Positions 39,875 to 48,983 of a stretch of DNA of 64,000 nt are shown one piece after another. Position numbers and translations under genes: made by a program. Within the stretch, counting starts at the first letter, position 1; each line of letters opens with the position of its first letter. Source of the stretch: a virus (Duplodnaviria; Heunggongvirae; Uroviricota; Caudoviricetes); IMG/VR virus record IMGVR_UViG_3300021963_008171, positions 10,995 through 74,994 of that record; one strand, given 5' to 3'. The notes under the pieces are model-generated. The model was not told where the DNA came from and did not search any database. It saw nothing but the letters and a program-made list of their open reading frames with translations.

Positions 39875-40422
39875 ATTAATGTCTTTTTAAATCCACCAGA
39901 TCCTTTAAGAGAAACCCAATTGACCAAAGAATATCTGATCCCGCTAATAACAGGGGTTACCCTGTGTGGTGTGTCGGAATAAAAGATCAATAAGGTTCCT
40001 GTGTTAACATTTGGAGTTGTTAAATTACCATTATCGTCTTTGAATTGTAGATATCCCCCGTCATAATCATTATTGAGTACGATTACAACCGAACAATATC
40101 TTTCTCTGTAGACATCGTCTGAAGAATCTGTATGCCAATTATAATATTCATCGGGTTTGTATTCAGTAAATTGATATCTACCTAGATTTGTTAATTCGTG
40201 TCCCTTAACATTCATGGTTTTTCTTAGAATTTCCTTTAATCTATCATCTAAACCATCAATCTTATCTATAAATCCCACTGATGATTTTCTAGCGTTAGAA
40301 ATACCAGAATTTGCCACTTTTGCTGCGGTTAGATTCAATTCAGTTTTATACTTTATTATACATTCGAAACATTCATCCTCTGTTAAAAATCCACAAAAAA
40401 CTTGAACGTTCCTATTCATCAT
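39871..40422 (-). CDS. 2OG-Fe(II) oxygenase (prolyl 4-hydroxylase-like)
   Basis: ...WHTDSSDD...HRVTPVISGIRYSLVNW (HxD...H...R). Confidence 0.6.
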   Translation of the reverse strand: MMNRNVQVFCGFLTEDECFECIIKYKTELNLTAAKVANSGISNARKSSVGFIDKIDGLDDRLKEILRKTMNVKGHELTNLGRYQFTEYKPDEYYNWHTDSSDDVYRERYCSVVIVLNNDYDGGYLQFKDDNGNLTTPNVNTGTLLIFYSDTPHRVTPVISGIRYSLVNWVSLKGSGGFKKTLI

Positions 40423-40633
40423 TCATCTTTTTTAGTCCGTATTTAATACATTTGTACCATATTCTTTCGTGCAAATAGTATTGAATGGGTTTCCACAGGA
40501 GCTCTGCAACACCAAAGGCTGCCCCAATCTTTATTGATCCGGTTACTATCCACATTGTTAAAAATCCAATCGTAGTACTAAGCACCCTATAGCTAATTGT
40601 TTTTGCTATGTGTCTCTTTTTCTCTACTATCAT
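40412..40633 (-). CDS. small membrane protein (DUF2061-like)
   Basis: 73 aa with two TM segments. DUF2061 is found fused to or next to APS kinases; from memory. Confidence 0.35.
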   Translation of the reverse strand: MIVEKKRHIAKTISYRVLSTTIGFLTMWIVTGSIKIGAAFGVAELLWKPIQYYLHERIWYKCIKYGLKKMNDE

Positions 40634-40653
40634 ATATTATATGTGTATAAAAA

Positions 40654-41031
40654 CTATCCTTTGCTTACGTCATATTTTATAGACCCATCAGCTGACATAT
40701 GACCAGTTCTTATAGCAGTACCGCTTATTGCTCCTACCTCTGCTGGCGGTTCATGGTAAATCACATCATATCCTACTCCCCTTCCATAATTAACACTTTC
40801 TATATCAGGTATAACGGAGATAAAAAGTCTCCCGGTTTGTAAATAATCGTTCAGTTCGATTTTTAATTCATCAAAAACTTGCAATGCAGATTTTGGATTG
40901 TTTTCGTCTTGCGGTACGTCTCTAATTGCGACCCAGACATTCTTCCCCTGACTAAATTGCTGATCTATTAACCACTGGTGTCCTTTGTGCCAGTTTTGCC
41001 ATCTTCCGATGTATAACGCGTATTTTTTCAT
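40654..41031 (-). CDS. minimal HxGH nucleotidyltransferase (cytidylyl/adenylyl-transferase fold); candidate sulfate adenylyltransferase
   Basis: YIGRWQNWHKGHQWL ((H/T)xGH motif) and C-terminal ISGTAIR (ISxTxIR motif). The start overlaps the APS kinase stop (ATGA). Confidence 0.5.
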   Translation of the reverse strand: MKKYALYIGRWQNWHKGHQWLIDQQFSQGKNVWVAIRDVPQDENNPKSALQVFDELKIELNDYLQTGRLFISVIPDIESVNYGRGVGYDVIYHEPPAEVGAISGTAIRTGHMSADGSIKYDVSKG

Positions 41032-41465
41032 ATAGATTCTAGACCCAAAATACTGATAAGTTCCTCGAACGATTCATTCAGATCATCACCATTTACAAAT
41101 GCCTTATAATTATCAACGGGCAGCTCAAATGCTTGTACATGGAGTTTATCCTTTCCTGAGAAATGCGGCCTATTAAACAGTATCTCAGTGACCTCGTTAT
41201 TCGCTTTTAAATCCTCCCTAATTGCACGATAAGGACAAACCATACTTATCACTACATCATATCCTTTTTGGCTCATAAAACGAGCTATTGTAAAGGATCT
41301 TTCTATGTTTCTAATTCTCCCCGAATATGAATAATCAGTATTTGGAAATATCTCTCTTAAATCGTCGCCGTCTATCCAAATTGTTTTTTCGCCCAATCTT
41401 TCTACGAGCATACTAGACATTTGGGTTTTTCCTGTGCCAGGCTGCCCGATAAACAAATAAATCAT
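41028..41465 (-). CDS. cysC: adenylyl-sulfate kinase (APS kinase)
   Basis: FIGQPGTGKTQ P-loop followed by WIDGDDLR (the LDGDNxR APS-binding motif); 145 aa. Confidence 0.65.
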   Translation of the reverse strand: MIYLFIGQPGTGKTQMSSMLVERLGEKTIWIDGDDLREIFPNTDYSYSGRIRNIERSFTIARFMSQKGYDVVISMVCPYRAIREDLKANNEVTEILFNRPHFSGKDKLHVQAFELPVDNYKAFVNGDDLNESFEELISILGLESI

Positions 41466-41694
41466 ATATTTTTAAATTAATGGTTATATGTGAACGGATC
41501 TCTTTTTCTGATCTCCTCTATTTTCTTCATGAACTCCTTCTTTTTCCTTCTTTTTTCGAAGTAATCCTTGATCCAGTTTAGTATCTTTTTCATCTTAATA
41601 GTTATATTGATTATATATTTTAAGTTTCCCCCTTCCTGGCGGTAACTATTTCGGAATTTTATCCAATTTTACTCTAAAATATTAAAATAGAAAT

Positions 41695-42918
41695 ATGGTT
41701 TGGAATTACCAAGATACAGTGCTAGTTCATGTGGAACTTTCCAATCTTTGCAATGCTGCTTGTCCCCTTTGCCCAAGATATGTAAACAATTCGTTAAGGG
41801 TCAATCCAGAATTGGACTTGGGCAGCGTTTCTTTTGAGGATTTTAAAAAATGGTTCCCTCTAGAATTTGTACAAAAAAGTAAAGGATGGATATTCTGCGG
41901 TACTAATGGCGACCCCATGATGGCTAGAGACGTGTATGAGATATTAGAATATGTTCTCAGAAATTCGACTGCTAAGGTCCAGGTCAACACTAACGGTTCC
42001 ATAAGAGACGGGGAATTTTGGGAAAAAATAGGATCTTTATTTGCCGAGCCCTGTGAAAATAGCAGATATGTTGTTTTCTCTGTTGATGGACTGGAGGACA
42101 CGAACCACATCTACAGAAGAAACGTGAAATGGGAGAGGGTGATGGAAAATATGAGAGCCTATGCAAAATCAGGATCTACTGGTATTTGGGACTTTCTAAT
42201 ATTCAAGCACAATGAGCATCAGCTAGAGGAGGCTGAGCTTCTCTGCAAAGAAATAGGTCTAGCATTTTCTCCAAAAAGACCCTTTGGGTTTGAAACGGGA
42301 AATCCTGATGAATACCAGGACTTAATGGTTTATGACATGGAAGGAAATTTTTTATACAAGATAGAGCCGGCCAGCGAGGAGTGGAGATTAAATAGATCCA
42401 TGAATAAATTTGAGAGAGGAGAGGAAAAAATATGGATTCCGGGAAAGGGGAAAAGAACAGATGATGAAATCAAAGAAAAGTGGAATGGACTGATCGAGAG
42501 GGATCTTCCTAAATATAAATTCCCGGAAAGATTCAAAGAAAAATCAGTTAGTTGCAAATCTTGCCATCCTATCGGGAAGGAAATTTATGTTGATTGTAAG
42601 GGAAATGTTATGCCTTGCTGCTTTGTTGGAACAATGTACAACAGTGACTTTCAACACCACGAGGCATTACAGATAAAAAAACATTTATGGGACTGGGGAT
42701 TGGATAAAATAAATCTGAATAATCATTCTCTCAAAGATATACTAGATAGCAAATATCTAGATGAGGTTTTTGCCAACCGCTGGGAAGGAGCTAAGGATGA
42801 GGATAAAATGGGATATTGCTTTAACACATGCTCGGTTGATCACATGAAAGATCTTTTTGTCAGAAAGGAAAATCTACCAATTTCTTCAGAAAAATCAGGC
42901 AAAAAAAGTCTTATCTAG
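41695..42918 (+). CDS. radical SAM / SPASM-domain enzyme
   Basis: CNAACPLC (Cx3Cx2C) near the N-terminus; C-terminal Cys cluster CKSCHP...CKGNVMPCC. Confidence 0.65.
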   Translation: MVWNYQDTVLVHVELSNLCNAACPLCPRYVNNSLRVNPELDLGSVSFEDFKKWFPLEFVQKSKGWIFCGTNGDPMMARDVYEILEYVLRNSTAKVQVNTNGSIRDGEFWEKIGSLFAEPCENSRYVVFSVDGLEDTNHIYRRNVKWERVMENMRAYAKSGSTGIWDFLIFKHNEHQLEEAELLCKEIGLAFSPKRPFGFETGNPDEYQDLMVYDMEGNFLYKIEPASEEWRLNRSMNKFERGEEKIWIPGKGKRTDDEIKEKWNGLIERDLPKYKFPERFKEKSVSCKSCHPIGKEIYVDCKGNVMPCCFVGTMYNSDFQHHEALQIKKHLWDWGLDKINLNNHSLKDILDSKYLDEVFANRWEGAKDEDKMGYCFNTCSVDHMKDLFVRKENLPISSEKSGKKSLI

Positions 42919-42933
42919 GGACATTTTTTGGGC

Positions 42934-42943
42934 GATATATAAA
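42934..42943 (+). promoter_or_regulatory. GATATATAAA motif 2 nt before the ATG at 42946
   Basis: See motif family. Confidence 0.4.
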
Positions 42944-42945
42944 AT

Positions 42946-45441
42946 ATGAACGATAAGATAAATTTAGTCTATGACGATTGGCCTCTTGATCAGGAAAGGC
43001 CGAATCCCAATGGAGATAAATATTTTCCAGAAGCAAATGCCTGGATGACTGGTGATGGTCCGATGGAGACTCTTCGATACTGCAATTACGTCAACCGAAG
43101 AATGGAAGATGTCGACAAGTACCAGGAGGAAAATTTCTTTTATGTTGTTTGGCATCGACATTCTCTCTATGACAGATTTTTGTATTTTGACAGACTTCCA
43201 ATAGGTGATGATATGATAGGGGCTTTCCAAAGAAAGCCAAATCTTTATCTTCTTTTAATAAACGATCAAGAGATAGAGCCTATAGAAACTATAAGCAAAC
43301 TTGATCTCGCTCTAGAAAGAAATAATATAGATCCAAGAAAGGTTTTTGTAGTTAACAACAATTCTAGAAATTGGGAATATAAAAAAGAATTGGGGAGTAA
43401 TATTAATGTTCATAGTACGAGGGCAATGCCTCTAGCATTGGCTAAAATTCCCAGAAGTAATTTCGTAGAGAATAAAGAAGGGCATTTTTTCATGTCACAC
43501 AACCATTCTTTAAGAGAAAGCAGATCCGCGTTTGTGTGTCTCTTAAAAAAATATGGACTGATCGATGATTTTGATTGGTCTTATTTGAAGCTCTGGAGAC
43601 TACCTGGTGAGGATTGGATAACTATCTATAGAAGAATATTCAACGATTCCGATATGGAATTCATGATGCCAGAAATAGAATATTTTAATTCTTATGGTAT
43701 TAAGAAAAGCAATTACGAGTCACATTTTCCGTGGCTTGATGAAATGACAACTAATAGTCCTTCTTGGTGGGAAACATTTAATTCACAGCAGTACGAGAAT
43801 ACCTATTTTAATGTAACTGTGGAAACACAATATTTTGGAAGGGACCTTCACATAACAGAAAAGTCATTTAAACCCTTTATCCATCTGCAGTTTCCTATGA
43901 TTCTTGCCTCCAGACATCATATAAAACATATGCGGGAGTATTACGGGTATGATTTTTTCGATGATGTGATTAACCACGATTATGATAACGTCGTAAGTGA
44001 TAGAGATAGAATCTTTAGGTTCATAGAAGAACTAAAAAGAATTCAGGAGAATAAAGAATTCTTTATCGATTTTTATAAAAATAACAAGGAAAGATTTCGG
44101 AGGAATCAAGAAATGGTTTATCAATTCACCAATGAATATGATGCTAGCTATTTCAGGGCATTGACAAAATTTGATCACCCAAAGAAAACCCTTAATCTTG
44201 TTTATGATAATTGGGATACCCAAACTAATCGCCCATTAAGAGGCAATTCTGAAGATCTTTACCTAAGTACATTCCACATGAATGTTGACAGTGTAGTTGG
44301 ATCCTTACAATTTGATAGAAGATTAATCAGAAGATATAGATTGGAAGATGTTCCTAAGATAAAAAATGAGACATTCTTTTATTTTGTCACCTTAATTCCT
44401 GGCATCCTAGCGGAGAATTTAAGATCTGGAAAACTACCAATAAATAGAGATGCTATCAACATGCTCAAGAATTATTCAAACTTTAATGTGATAATAATGA
44501 ATGAGCAGGAAGCAGAAAGAAAAGAAACACTGGTTCTTCTTGATAAATGGTCCAAAGAATCCGGCTTAAATCAGCAACAAATTTGGTTTTCTAATAACAA
44601 CCCAAGACTACAAGAATTCAAAGAGGAAATAGGAACTGATATAAATGTTCATTCGACAGTTAGACTTGCTAATTTCACAGCAAATTCTGTTATACATTCA
44701 GTGGGAAGGGTGGAGTTCAAGTCTGAGAAAGACGGGGAATTTTTCATGTGTCACAATAGAAGGCCAAGACCGCATAGATATGGTTTACTATGCTTGCTTA
44801 AAAAGAGCGGGGTTTTAGATGATGTTGATTGGTCTTTAGTTCAAGGGTTTCAGTTCAAGGGAAATAAGCACCCTGAATCCTTCTTTAGAACAATATTTAA
44901 CGATGAAGATATAGAAAACATGAGAGAAGAAATTGAGTACTTCTCTAACATAGAACAAAAGAAAAGTAGATACGAGGAAGAAAGAACATGGTTCGATGAT
45001 AGGGAAAATGAAAATAATGTTCCTTGGAATGAAACCTATGATAAAAATCAGTTGGAAAATTCATATTTCAATATCACAACAGAAACTGAATTTTCATCAG
45101 ATCTGACACACATATCAGAAAAATCTTTCAAAGCTTTCTGTGCAATGCAGTTTCCCATGATTCTTGCATCTGCTCACCACATCAGAGAAATTAAAAAGAA
45201 ATATGATTTTGATTTTTTTGATGATGTGATCAATCACGATTATGACGACGAAGAGAATCACAGAGACAGACTTTTTAAATTTGTAAAAGAGATAAAAAGA
45301 ATAAACGACAACAAGGAGTTCTTCATAGAATTTTATAAGAACAACAAATTTAGATTCGAGGAAAATCTTAGAAAAATAGAGGAGAAAGTAAAGGATCAAT
45401 CAGATTCTGACTTTTTAAAAAGAATATCTGGTATAATATGA
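42946..45441 (+). CDS. internally duplicated protein (two ~400-aa homologous halves), possible glycosyltransferase
   Basis: FPMILASRHHIKHMREYYGYDFFDDVINHDYDN (half 1) versus FPMILASAHHIREIKKKYDFDFFDDVINHDYDD (half 2). Also KINLVYDDWPLDQERPN versus LNLVYDNWDTQTNRPL. Confidence 0.55.
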   Translation: MNDKINLVYDDWPLDQERPNPNGDKYFPEANAWMTGDGPMETLRYCNYVNRRMEDVDKYQEENFFYVVWHRHSLYDRFLYFDRLPIGDDMIGAFQRKPNLYLLLINDQEIEPIETISKLDLALERNNIDPRKVFVVNNNSRNWEYKKELGSNINVHSTRAMPLALAKIPRSNFVENKEGHFFMSHNHSLRESRSAFVCLLKKYGLIDDFDWSYLKLWRLPGEDWITIYRRIFNDSDMEFMMPEIEYFNSYGIKKSNYESHFPWLDEMTTNSPSWWETFNSQQYENTYFNVTVETQYFGRDLHITEKSFKPFIHLQFPMILASRHHIKHMREYYGYDFFDDVINHDYDNVVSDRDRIFRFIEELKRIQENKEFFIDFYKNNKERFRRNQEMVYQFTNEYDASYFRALTKFDHPKKTLNLVYDNWDTQTNRPLRGNSEDLYLSTFHMNVDSVVGSLQFDRRLIRRYRLEDVPKIKNETFFYFVTLIPGILAENLRSGKLPINRDAINMLKNYSNFNVIIMNEQEAERKETLVLLDKWSKESGLNQQQIWFSNNNPRLQEFKEEIGTDINVHSTVRLANFTANSVIHSVGRVEFKSEKDGEFFMCHNRRPRPHRYGLLCLLKKSGVLDDVDWSLVQGFQFKGNKHPESFFRTIFNDEDIENMREEIEYFSNIEQKKSRYEEERTWFDDRENENNVPWNETYDKNQLENSYFNITTETEFSSDLTHISEKSFKAFCAMQFPMILASAHHIREIKKKYDFDFFDDVINHDYDDEENHRDRLFKFVKEIKRINDNKEFFIEFYKNNKFRFEENLRKIEEKVKDQSDSDFLKRISGII

Positions 45442-47105
45442 AAAAGGTACTAATTACAGGATGCAATGGTTTAGTTGGAAGCTATCTAAGAGATCTTTGT
45501 TTAGATAATGGATGGAAAGTTACTGGTGTAGATAGAAACGCAACAAAGAGAATTACCAGAGATTTTAATTACAAATTTAAAAAACTAGACTTATTAATAG
45601 AACAAAATATAATAGATCTTTTTAAAGATGAAAAATATGATGTAGTATTTAATTGTTTTGGAATTAAAGGATCTCCAGTAAGGGCAAAAAATAATCCTGT
45701 TGATTTTCTGTACCCGTCTTTTAAAATAAACACTGAGATAATAAATCAATGTTATTTAAACGACACGTGGTTGGTTTTTGTTAGCTCTGTTGGTGTTTAT
45801 AGCCCAGCAGAAAAATTCTCAGAAGATGATGTTTGGAAAACACTACCATCAGAATCCGATTGGTTTCCGTCTTGGTCTAAAAGAATGGGAGAATTGCTAT
45901 TGGAATCATATCGGGTTCAATATGGATACAACAAATGGACGATAGTAAGACCAGCAAATATATTTGGTGAATACGACGACTTTAGTGGTAGTGGAACATT
46001 GATATCAACCATGGTAAAAAAGGTCTACGAATCTTCTGGAGAGATTGAAGCATGGGGAGACGGCACACCTATCAGGGATTTTGTTTACGGAAAAGACGTT
46101 GCTTTGTCTTTAATAAAACTTTATGAAGAAGAAATAAACGATATAGTTAATTGCGGGTCAGGAATAGAGGTATCAATAAAAGATGTTGTTGAAGAAATTA
46201 TAAAAGCAAGCGGGAAGGAAATCTCAGTAAAATGGGATTCTTCTAAACCTAATGGAGATCTTAGAAGACTAATGGATACCACAAGACAGGAAATTCACGG
46301 GATAATGCCAAAAACCAATTTTTCCGATGCTATACTTAATGTTTATAAATATTACTCAGGTCTTTTCGAAGAGGAGTTACCAGTAATATCTAAAGACGAT
46401 TTGCTCGTCGAAGGTGCATATGTTGGAAAAATATCTGATTTCCTAGAGGAGGATGAATTAGAGCTTTTCAAAGAAATGATAGAGGATGTTAAAGAGTACT
46501 CCTCCGAAGATATTGAAAATAGACTTTCGTGCAAATATAATTATGACGATATAGTAAATGAATATGACCATAATATTCCACCCAGTAAAGTTGCGGAGAG
46601 AGATGCATTTATTCGAAAGAATAAATATCACGTTTGGCAAAAATGGTGGGATTTTAGGTATCCTAAAGAGTCATATTTCAGCGAGATAGCCACAAAAATA
46701 TTAAAGGATCTTTACCCACAGGCTGCCGCTGCTTTGAATGAGGCTAAGATATCAGGATCTATGGCACTTTTTGAAGATGGACATTTCATAGACATTCACA
46801 ACGATGGAGCTAATGTAGGAAGACTTTGTGTAATTATATTCTATCTCTCCGACCCTTCTGCTCATAATAACGGGGGAGGGGAATTAAGAATAATTACCAG
46901 CACAGGAAAAGAATTTATAATAGATCCAGTTTTTGATAATTTCTGCGTGATGGATTTTGCAAAGAATAACATAAAACATGAAGTAAAGATGGTTAATAAC
47001 GGATTTAAAAGATATACCTATATAAATTTTATATCACTCAAAGATGGGATTTTAGAATCAATTTTCCCGAACGAAATAAAAATAGAAAAGAAAAAAATAA
47101 TATGA
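45438..47105 (+). CDS. NAD-dependent epimerase/reductase (GDP-fucose-synthase-like) fused to a C-terminal 2OG-Fe(II) oxygenase domain
   Basis: Rossmann motif LITGCNGLVGS at the N-terminus; ...IDIHNDGAN...GGGELRI...IKHEV at the C-terminus. Confidence 0.6.
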   Translation: MKKVLITGCNGLVGSYLRDLCLDNGWKVTGVDRNATKRITRDFNYKFKKLDLLIEQNIIDLFKDEKYDVVFNCFGIKGSPVRAKNNPVDFLYPSFKINTEIINQCYLNDTWLVFVSSVGVYSPAEKFSEDDVWKTLPSESDWFPSWSKRMGELLLESYRVQYGYNKWTIVRPANIFGEYDDFSGSGTLISTMVKKVYESSGEIEAWGDGTPIRDFVYGKDVALSLIKLYEEEINDIVNCGSGIEVSIKDVVEEIIKASGKEISVKWDSSKPNGDLRRLMDTTRQEIHGIMPKTNFSDAILNVYKYYSGLFEEELPVISKDDLLVEGAYVGKISDFLEEDELELFKEMIEDVKEYSSEDIENRLSCKYNYDDIVNEYDHNIPPSKVAERDAFIRKNKYHVWQKWWDFRYPKESYFSEIATKILKDLYPQAAAALNEAKISGSMALFEDGHFIDIHNDGANVGRLCVIIFYLSDPSAHNNGGGELRIITSTGKEFIIDPVFDNFCVMDFAKNNIKHEVKMVNNGFKRYTYINFISLKDGILESIFPNEIKIEKKKII

Positions 47106-48076
47106 TAAACAAGAATTCAAGAATTTTAATTACCGGTGGATCTGGATTGGTTGGACAAAATTTAACTGAAAGACTAGTCAGAGAGGGATATACAGATTTA
47201 AGAGTAAATCTTCATAGAAGAGGAGTTAGAAAGGTTCATGACGGTGTTAATTACACATATCATGATCTACAAACATACGAAGGGTGTAAAATCGCAACAG
47301 TGGACGTTGATGTTGTTTTTCATGCCGCTGCTTCAACCTCAAATGCAGTTGATACTGTAGTAGATCCTTTAGCACACGTTACACCAAATGTTGCTATGAA
47401 TAATTTTCTTATAGATGCAGCTTGGAGGAATAATGTACAGCACTATATTTTCATTTCTTCCAATACCGTTTATCCACCAAAGGGTGATGAGCCTGTGGTA
47501 GAAACAGATTTTCTATTTGATGAACCTTATCCAGTATATTTTCCAGTTGGCTGGATGAAAAGATACGCAGAGGTTCAGTGCGAACTTTACGGAAAATATC
47601 TCCCAAGAAAGATGAAATCAACTGTGATAAGACCAGCCAATTTGTTTGGTCCTCATGATAAGTACGATTTCAATAAATGTCACGTTACCCCAGCAACAAT
47701 AAGAAAGGTAGCAGACAAAATGAACCCGATTCCTGTTTGGGGTGACGGATCGGAATTAAGGGATCTCCTTTTCGTAGAAGATTTTGTAGAAGCTCTACAG
47801 ACGGTAATGGAAAAAGAAACTGAAATGTTCGAGGTGTATAATGTTGGATCTAATAAAGTATATTCAGTTCTTGATGTTCTTGAGAAGATGAAAAAGATTG
47901 CAGACTATGATGCACCGACAGAGTTCATTAGTGGAAAGCCTTCTATGATACCAACTAGAAAAATAGATTCTAATAAAATCAAAGAAAAATTAGGATGGGA
48001 GGCAAAAACCCCCCTAGAAGATGGATTGGCTATAGCTTATAATTGGTATCTTGAGAATAATAAAGAATTCAAATAA
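47102..48076 (+). CDS. NAD-dependent sugar epimerase/dehydratase (GDP-L-fucose synthase-like)
   Basis: ILITGGSGLVGQNL; 324 aa. Confidence 0.65.
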   Translation: MINKNSRILITGGSGLVGQNLTERLVREGYTDLRVNLHRRGVRKVHDGVNYTYHDLQTYEGCKIATVDVDVVFHAAASTSNAVDTVVDPLAHVTPNVAMNNFLIDAAWRNNVQHYIFISSNTVYPPKGDEPVVETDFLFDEPYPVYFPVGWMKRYAEVQCELYGKYLPRKMKSTVIRPANLFGPHDKYDFNKCHVTPATIRKVADKMNPIPVWGDGSELRDLLFVEDFVEALQTVMEKETEMFEVYNVGSNKVYSVLDVLEKMKKIADYDAPTEFISGKPSMIPTRKIDSNKIKEKLGWEAKTPLEDGLAIAYNWYLENNKEFK

Positions 48077-48983
48077 TATGAAGGGATTGATTTTTGCTGG
48101 TTGTTCTTTTACCTGGGGTCAGGGATTATATTACTATTCGGGATTGAATACTTTAGTCGAGCCTGAACCAGATTGTTATGATGCTAGTCTTATCACAGAT
48201 GCCCATAAAAGATATATGGAAACACTGAGATATCCCAGGATAGTTGCAAATCATTTCAACACGTTTGAGTTGGTGTCTAAGCAAAATGGAGGATCTGAAG
48301 AAAGTTCGATTGATTTTATTAATTCAGCATTTGGAATTGGGGAAAAATTTGGATTTTTAACAGATCAGGAATTTTCTTTTAGCGAAATAGAATATGTTAT
48401 AATACAAACATCCCAACCGAATAGAAATGGATTTTACTTCCAATACGAGGGAGAGGAACATAAATTCTTGATTCACGAAAAATCATCAAAAGGTAAATTT
48501 TACGAATGGCTTATAGAAGAAAGAAAATTAACTATCGATGAGTGGTTTGAAGAGCACAAGGAAACATACATTGAGAAAATAAAAAGATTGATGAAGTTCC
48601 TTGAATCCAATGGAATTAAAACGAAAATACTCTGCTGGGAGAACGATTATTTAAATCTAATCAGATCTGATATTTTTATGTACAACAGATTTATCCCGTT
48701 GGAATACAGAGGGGATCAATTTTCGTCCATAAGAGATTTAATGTCCAAACACTCGCATCTTACCATAAATTCAGATTATGATAACTTTCAGGATCCTCCG
48801 AAGGATCACCATCCATCTAAAGAATGTCACCAGGTTCTAGCAGAATCTGTTATAAAATCTATAGAAAGTGATCTGAAGAATTTAAGCGAAACCCATATTT
48901 TTGATGATCACAGGGAGTTTATGAAAACTCTTCCTTGTCCAGCAAAAGAGCCAATTATAAAAAAGGCTAAAACCCTTATATAG
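48051..48983 (+). CDS. SGNH-like hydrolase homolog (GCS variant of the GDS block)
   Basis: LIFAGCSFTWGQG parallels FGDSFTWGHG of the 34495 gene. Confidence 0.4.
   Translation: MRIIKNSNNMKGLIFAGCSFTWGQGLYYYSGLNTLVEPEPDCYDASLITDAHKRYMETLRYPRIVANHFNTFELVSKQNGGSEESSIDFINSAFGIGEKFGFLTDQEFSFSEIEYVIIQTSQPNRNGFYFQYEGEEHKFLIHEKSSKGKFYEWLIEERKLTIDEWFEEHKETYIEKIKRLMKFLESNGIKTKILCWENDYLNLIRSDIFMYNRFIPLEYRGDQFSSIRDLMSKHSHLTINSDYDNFQDPPKDHHPSKECHQVLAESVIKSIESDLKNLSETHIFDDHREFMKTLPCPAKEPIIKKAKTLI

Noticed and set aside
41466-41694. 38-aa minus-strand ORF (MKKILNWIKDYFEKRRKKKEFMKKIEEIRKRDPFTYNH) in the divergent intergenic region
   Set aside because: It is a possible small basic protein but below the size where ORF evidence alone is convincing. 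The region more likely holds divergent promoters for the sulfation operon and the rSAM gene.
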